From positions 1,488,001-1,552,000 of the forward strand of contig CM030333.1 in the NCBI GenBank assembly GCA_017654855.1: a DNA stretch of 64,000 nt, in the 5' to 3' direction. This document shows, in pieces, positions 61,200-64,000 of this stretch (the stretch's first letter is position 1; the number at the start of each line of letters is the position of its first letter). Made by a program: the position numbers and the translations under genes. Source of the stretch: Podospora anserina. Taxonomy: Eukaryota. The notes beneath the pieces were generated by a model. That model was not told the origin of the DNA and did no database searches. It saw only the letters and a list, made by a program, of their open reading frames with translations.

Positions 61200-64000
61200 T
61201 CAAGTCAGATCCATATCCCCCCACCCCCCAAATCCCCCCATCAAAATCCGCCCCCACCAACGTTGGCAACCCCCAAAGATATTATCCCCATCCAAATCCC
61301 CCTCCCTCCTCCCCAATCGCACTCCCCGCGCTCCCCAAATCAACCCCCCGTCATAATTATTATCCACCCCCTAACCCACTCGTATCGATACTCATCCCCT
61401 CAACAACACTAACCCCATCCCCAACTCCTTGAACCGCAGCAGCAGCAGCAGCAGCAGCCATAGCATCCCCCATCACATCCCCCCACAACCCCCAACCCCG
61501 AAACCATATCCTGCTGCCCCAACAGCCCCGCCACCGCAGTCTGCGGCATCTCCATCTGCCCCTCAACCTGCCTATACAACCTCACCACCGTCTCCGCCAT
61601 GACCGGGTCCTGCTTCTGAATCCTTTTCCAGTCATCCGCCTCATGCTTGAGCACCTCCCTCAGCGTCAACCTCCTCTGAACCGGCGGCGGTGGAGCAGCC
61701 GCAAAGGCACCCGCCCCGCCCGCTGTCCCATCGTTAGGCGTGTCAGACGAAGCCAACGAGGTATCGTTCGTCACATCCGGCGCGCAGACAAGCGAACAAA
61801 CCACATCATACGCTACGCTCCCCTGCCCCGACTCCGTTAACGTCTTCAGCTCATCCAGCAGCACAGTCAAAAGCTGCCTTGCCCCGAGCAGCTTGAGCGC
61901 AGCAAGCGTCTGGCGGTGGGTGTAGGCCGTCGGCGTGGTATTCCCCCCCAGCGGCGCTTGCTGGACCCAATTCGCCAGGCTCTGAACAGTGTGCCTCACC
62001 GCAGCCGAGATCCCCCCATCCGGGTGCTGCGCCTGCGGTGGTCGATTTGTTGCTGCTAGACCGCCCGGTAATGGAGTCGCATTCGGGTGACTCCCAGGCG
62101 TGTGGCTACCATGCGTCGTCGTCCACGACTCAAGCTCGGCATGGTCAGCCCCGCCCGTTCGCCTCGAGACCGTGAGGTTCTCCTTGATGGCTCTCAGCAG
62201 CGGCTCAACCTCTTGAGATTTGGGGTCCGAGCGTTGATATGATCGTAGGGCGTGCTCCAATGGTTTGGCGACAATGTTGAGGACTGATTGAAACATCGCC
62301 GACGCCTCGTTGGAGATGGAATTCGGCCGGATGAGCAGCTGGAGAATCTTGATGATGGACCTCTGCCCTTCTGGGCCCTCCGCCCAGAGCTGGTTGGACA
62401 GATATAAAATGGCTGGAACCAGCGAGGGCAACAAAAAGACCTCGACCAAATCTGCCGCAGTCAGTATCATCCATATTCCGGACCAAAAATGAAACTCACA
62501 TTCAAGCCCACTCTTGAGCGTCTCCTCATTCAAGAACCCCGCGCTCAAGGCCGCCGAAATCTGCCCGAAAAGCACCGGCATGAGCAAGTAGAAATCCTGC
62601 GGAGGACACGAAGCCATCAACTCATCCCCCAACCCCCCCTCCGCAAACAGCCCCTGTATCCACCCATTAAGGTGCAAATGCTCCTGCGGACTGAGATCCG
62701 AAAGCAGCCTCACAGCATGCCCTCCCCCAATCAGCTTCCCAACAAACGAATCCGGCGACCTCACCCCCAAGTCCGCCGGCGAGATGTTGTACCGATACAC
62801 AAACGCCATCAGCAGCAGCAACACCGACCCAAACTCCTCGTACACCGGCTGGTACTCCCCCTGCTCCTCATCATACCCCCCCCAATGATCAATCAGCTCC
62901 CGCAGCGGGTGCAAAATCTTTTGCGCCGGACTGAAGAGCAGCAGAATATCCAACGACAGCGGCTTGCTCGCCAACTGGCCGCACAACTGCTTCAAAGCCA
63001 TCGTCTCCGTGTTTCTACAGAGACTGCCAATCACCTCCACCACCGCCTGCGCAGCCGCCCCCACGTTCCCATTCATGTTATCCAACTCCCCAATCAGCTT
63101 TTGCGTCCTGTCCGAGTCCTGCAGGCACGACTGGACCAGAATATCCTTGACATAACGCCCTTCGTCCGGCAGCGTCTGGTAGGTAATGTCTCCCAAAAGG
63201 TTCTCTATAGCCGCCTGGGACAACAACCCGTGAAGCTGGCAGGCAAAGCAAAAGTCTTGTCGTACCGAGTCCTGAAACGACGACCCGGTGTTGGAGGACA
63301 TGTCAAACATGCCCGAAAAGGTCGGGAAGATGTTTGTATCCACCTGACCTAACGCCTCGGTGATGCAAATTTCGGGATTGAACGTGTATAATGGCGAGGA
63401 TTGCGCAAGAGAAACCAAAACTAGTGGCACCTTGTTGACCACAAAAGACTTGAGCAAATGCCCGGCTTTGGCCCCCTCGTTGCGAAAGACGGCGTTCGCC
63501 AAGACGTCAAATGATGCCAAGATCAACTGGACGGCTGCTTGCTGAACATCACCCCTATATCTGTTGTGTAGATATGTGAAGAGCGCCGCATCATCAATCA
63601 TGGGGCGCCCAACGAGCTGTCACTTGTTAGCGCACAAACCATCAGATACCGGACCAACACGTACTGCAGCGCTCAGATAGATATATAACCCAGCTCGGGT
63701 GTTGGCGATGGGAACTTCGGGGACCTGAAAGCTTTCCAAGCCCATCACGTTGTCCATGTAGCTGTTCATGTCTGAAACGGCCGGGTCCTTCTTTTCGGTC
63801 GAATCGTGCGTCGCGAGACTCTGTGCTCGGAACATGTCGAGTTGGCTGGCAATCGAGGGATTGACCTGCATGATCGAGGGCAGAAAAGCCTCCAAACTTT
63901 GCGAAAGCTGTTTCCTGATGCCTATTGCATCAGTAGTTAGCATGGGGACATTCGGCGCCACCAAAAGGGGGGAACTGGCGTACCTTTGGCTGCTGGAATC
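61200..64000 (-). CDS. MED5: Mediator subunit 5 (Med5/Nut1), 5'-truncated by window; introns 63922-63983, 63617-63664, 62452-62499; apparent frameshifts in the G-rich 3' end
   Basis: NTRAGLYIYLSAA/LVGRPMIDD, LILASFDVLANA, VRQDFCFACQLHGL, QPVYEEFGSVLLL, YTHRQ. Confidence 0.88.

Overview
Gene-dense, intron-containing DNA from a filamentous ascomycete (GT..CTAAC/CTGAC..YAG introns, mostly 45-90 nt). Gene content, composition and a Spok-like relic suggest Sordariales, probably the Podospora anserina complex; this is inference. About 21 protein-coding genes are supported, mostly housekeeping: NAD synthetase (partial), Trm140-type tRNA methyltransferase, Sac3, Nta1-like amidase, a claudin-like protein, GH78 rhamnosidase, importin alpha, Pot1, Scc3, UreD, Rpc4, an FAD monooxygenase with an adjacent MFS transporter, a C-terminal Zn2Cys6 protein, a B-type cyclin, Agc1, an F-box-like protein, cystinosin, a Cys-rich single-pass membrane protein and Med5 (partial). 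Two features are invisible in the ORF track. The first is a frameshifted relic of the Spok spore-killer (meiotic drive) family at about 55.4-56.4 kb, which keeps the Cys cluster and a degenerate kinase but has no nuclease domain. The second is a complete dual-guide box C/D snoRNA (snR60-like) inside the long intron of the tRNA methyltransferase gene. No tRNA, rRNA, CRISPR array or intact transposon was recognised. Family assignments come from recalled motifs, not database searches.
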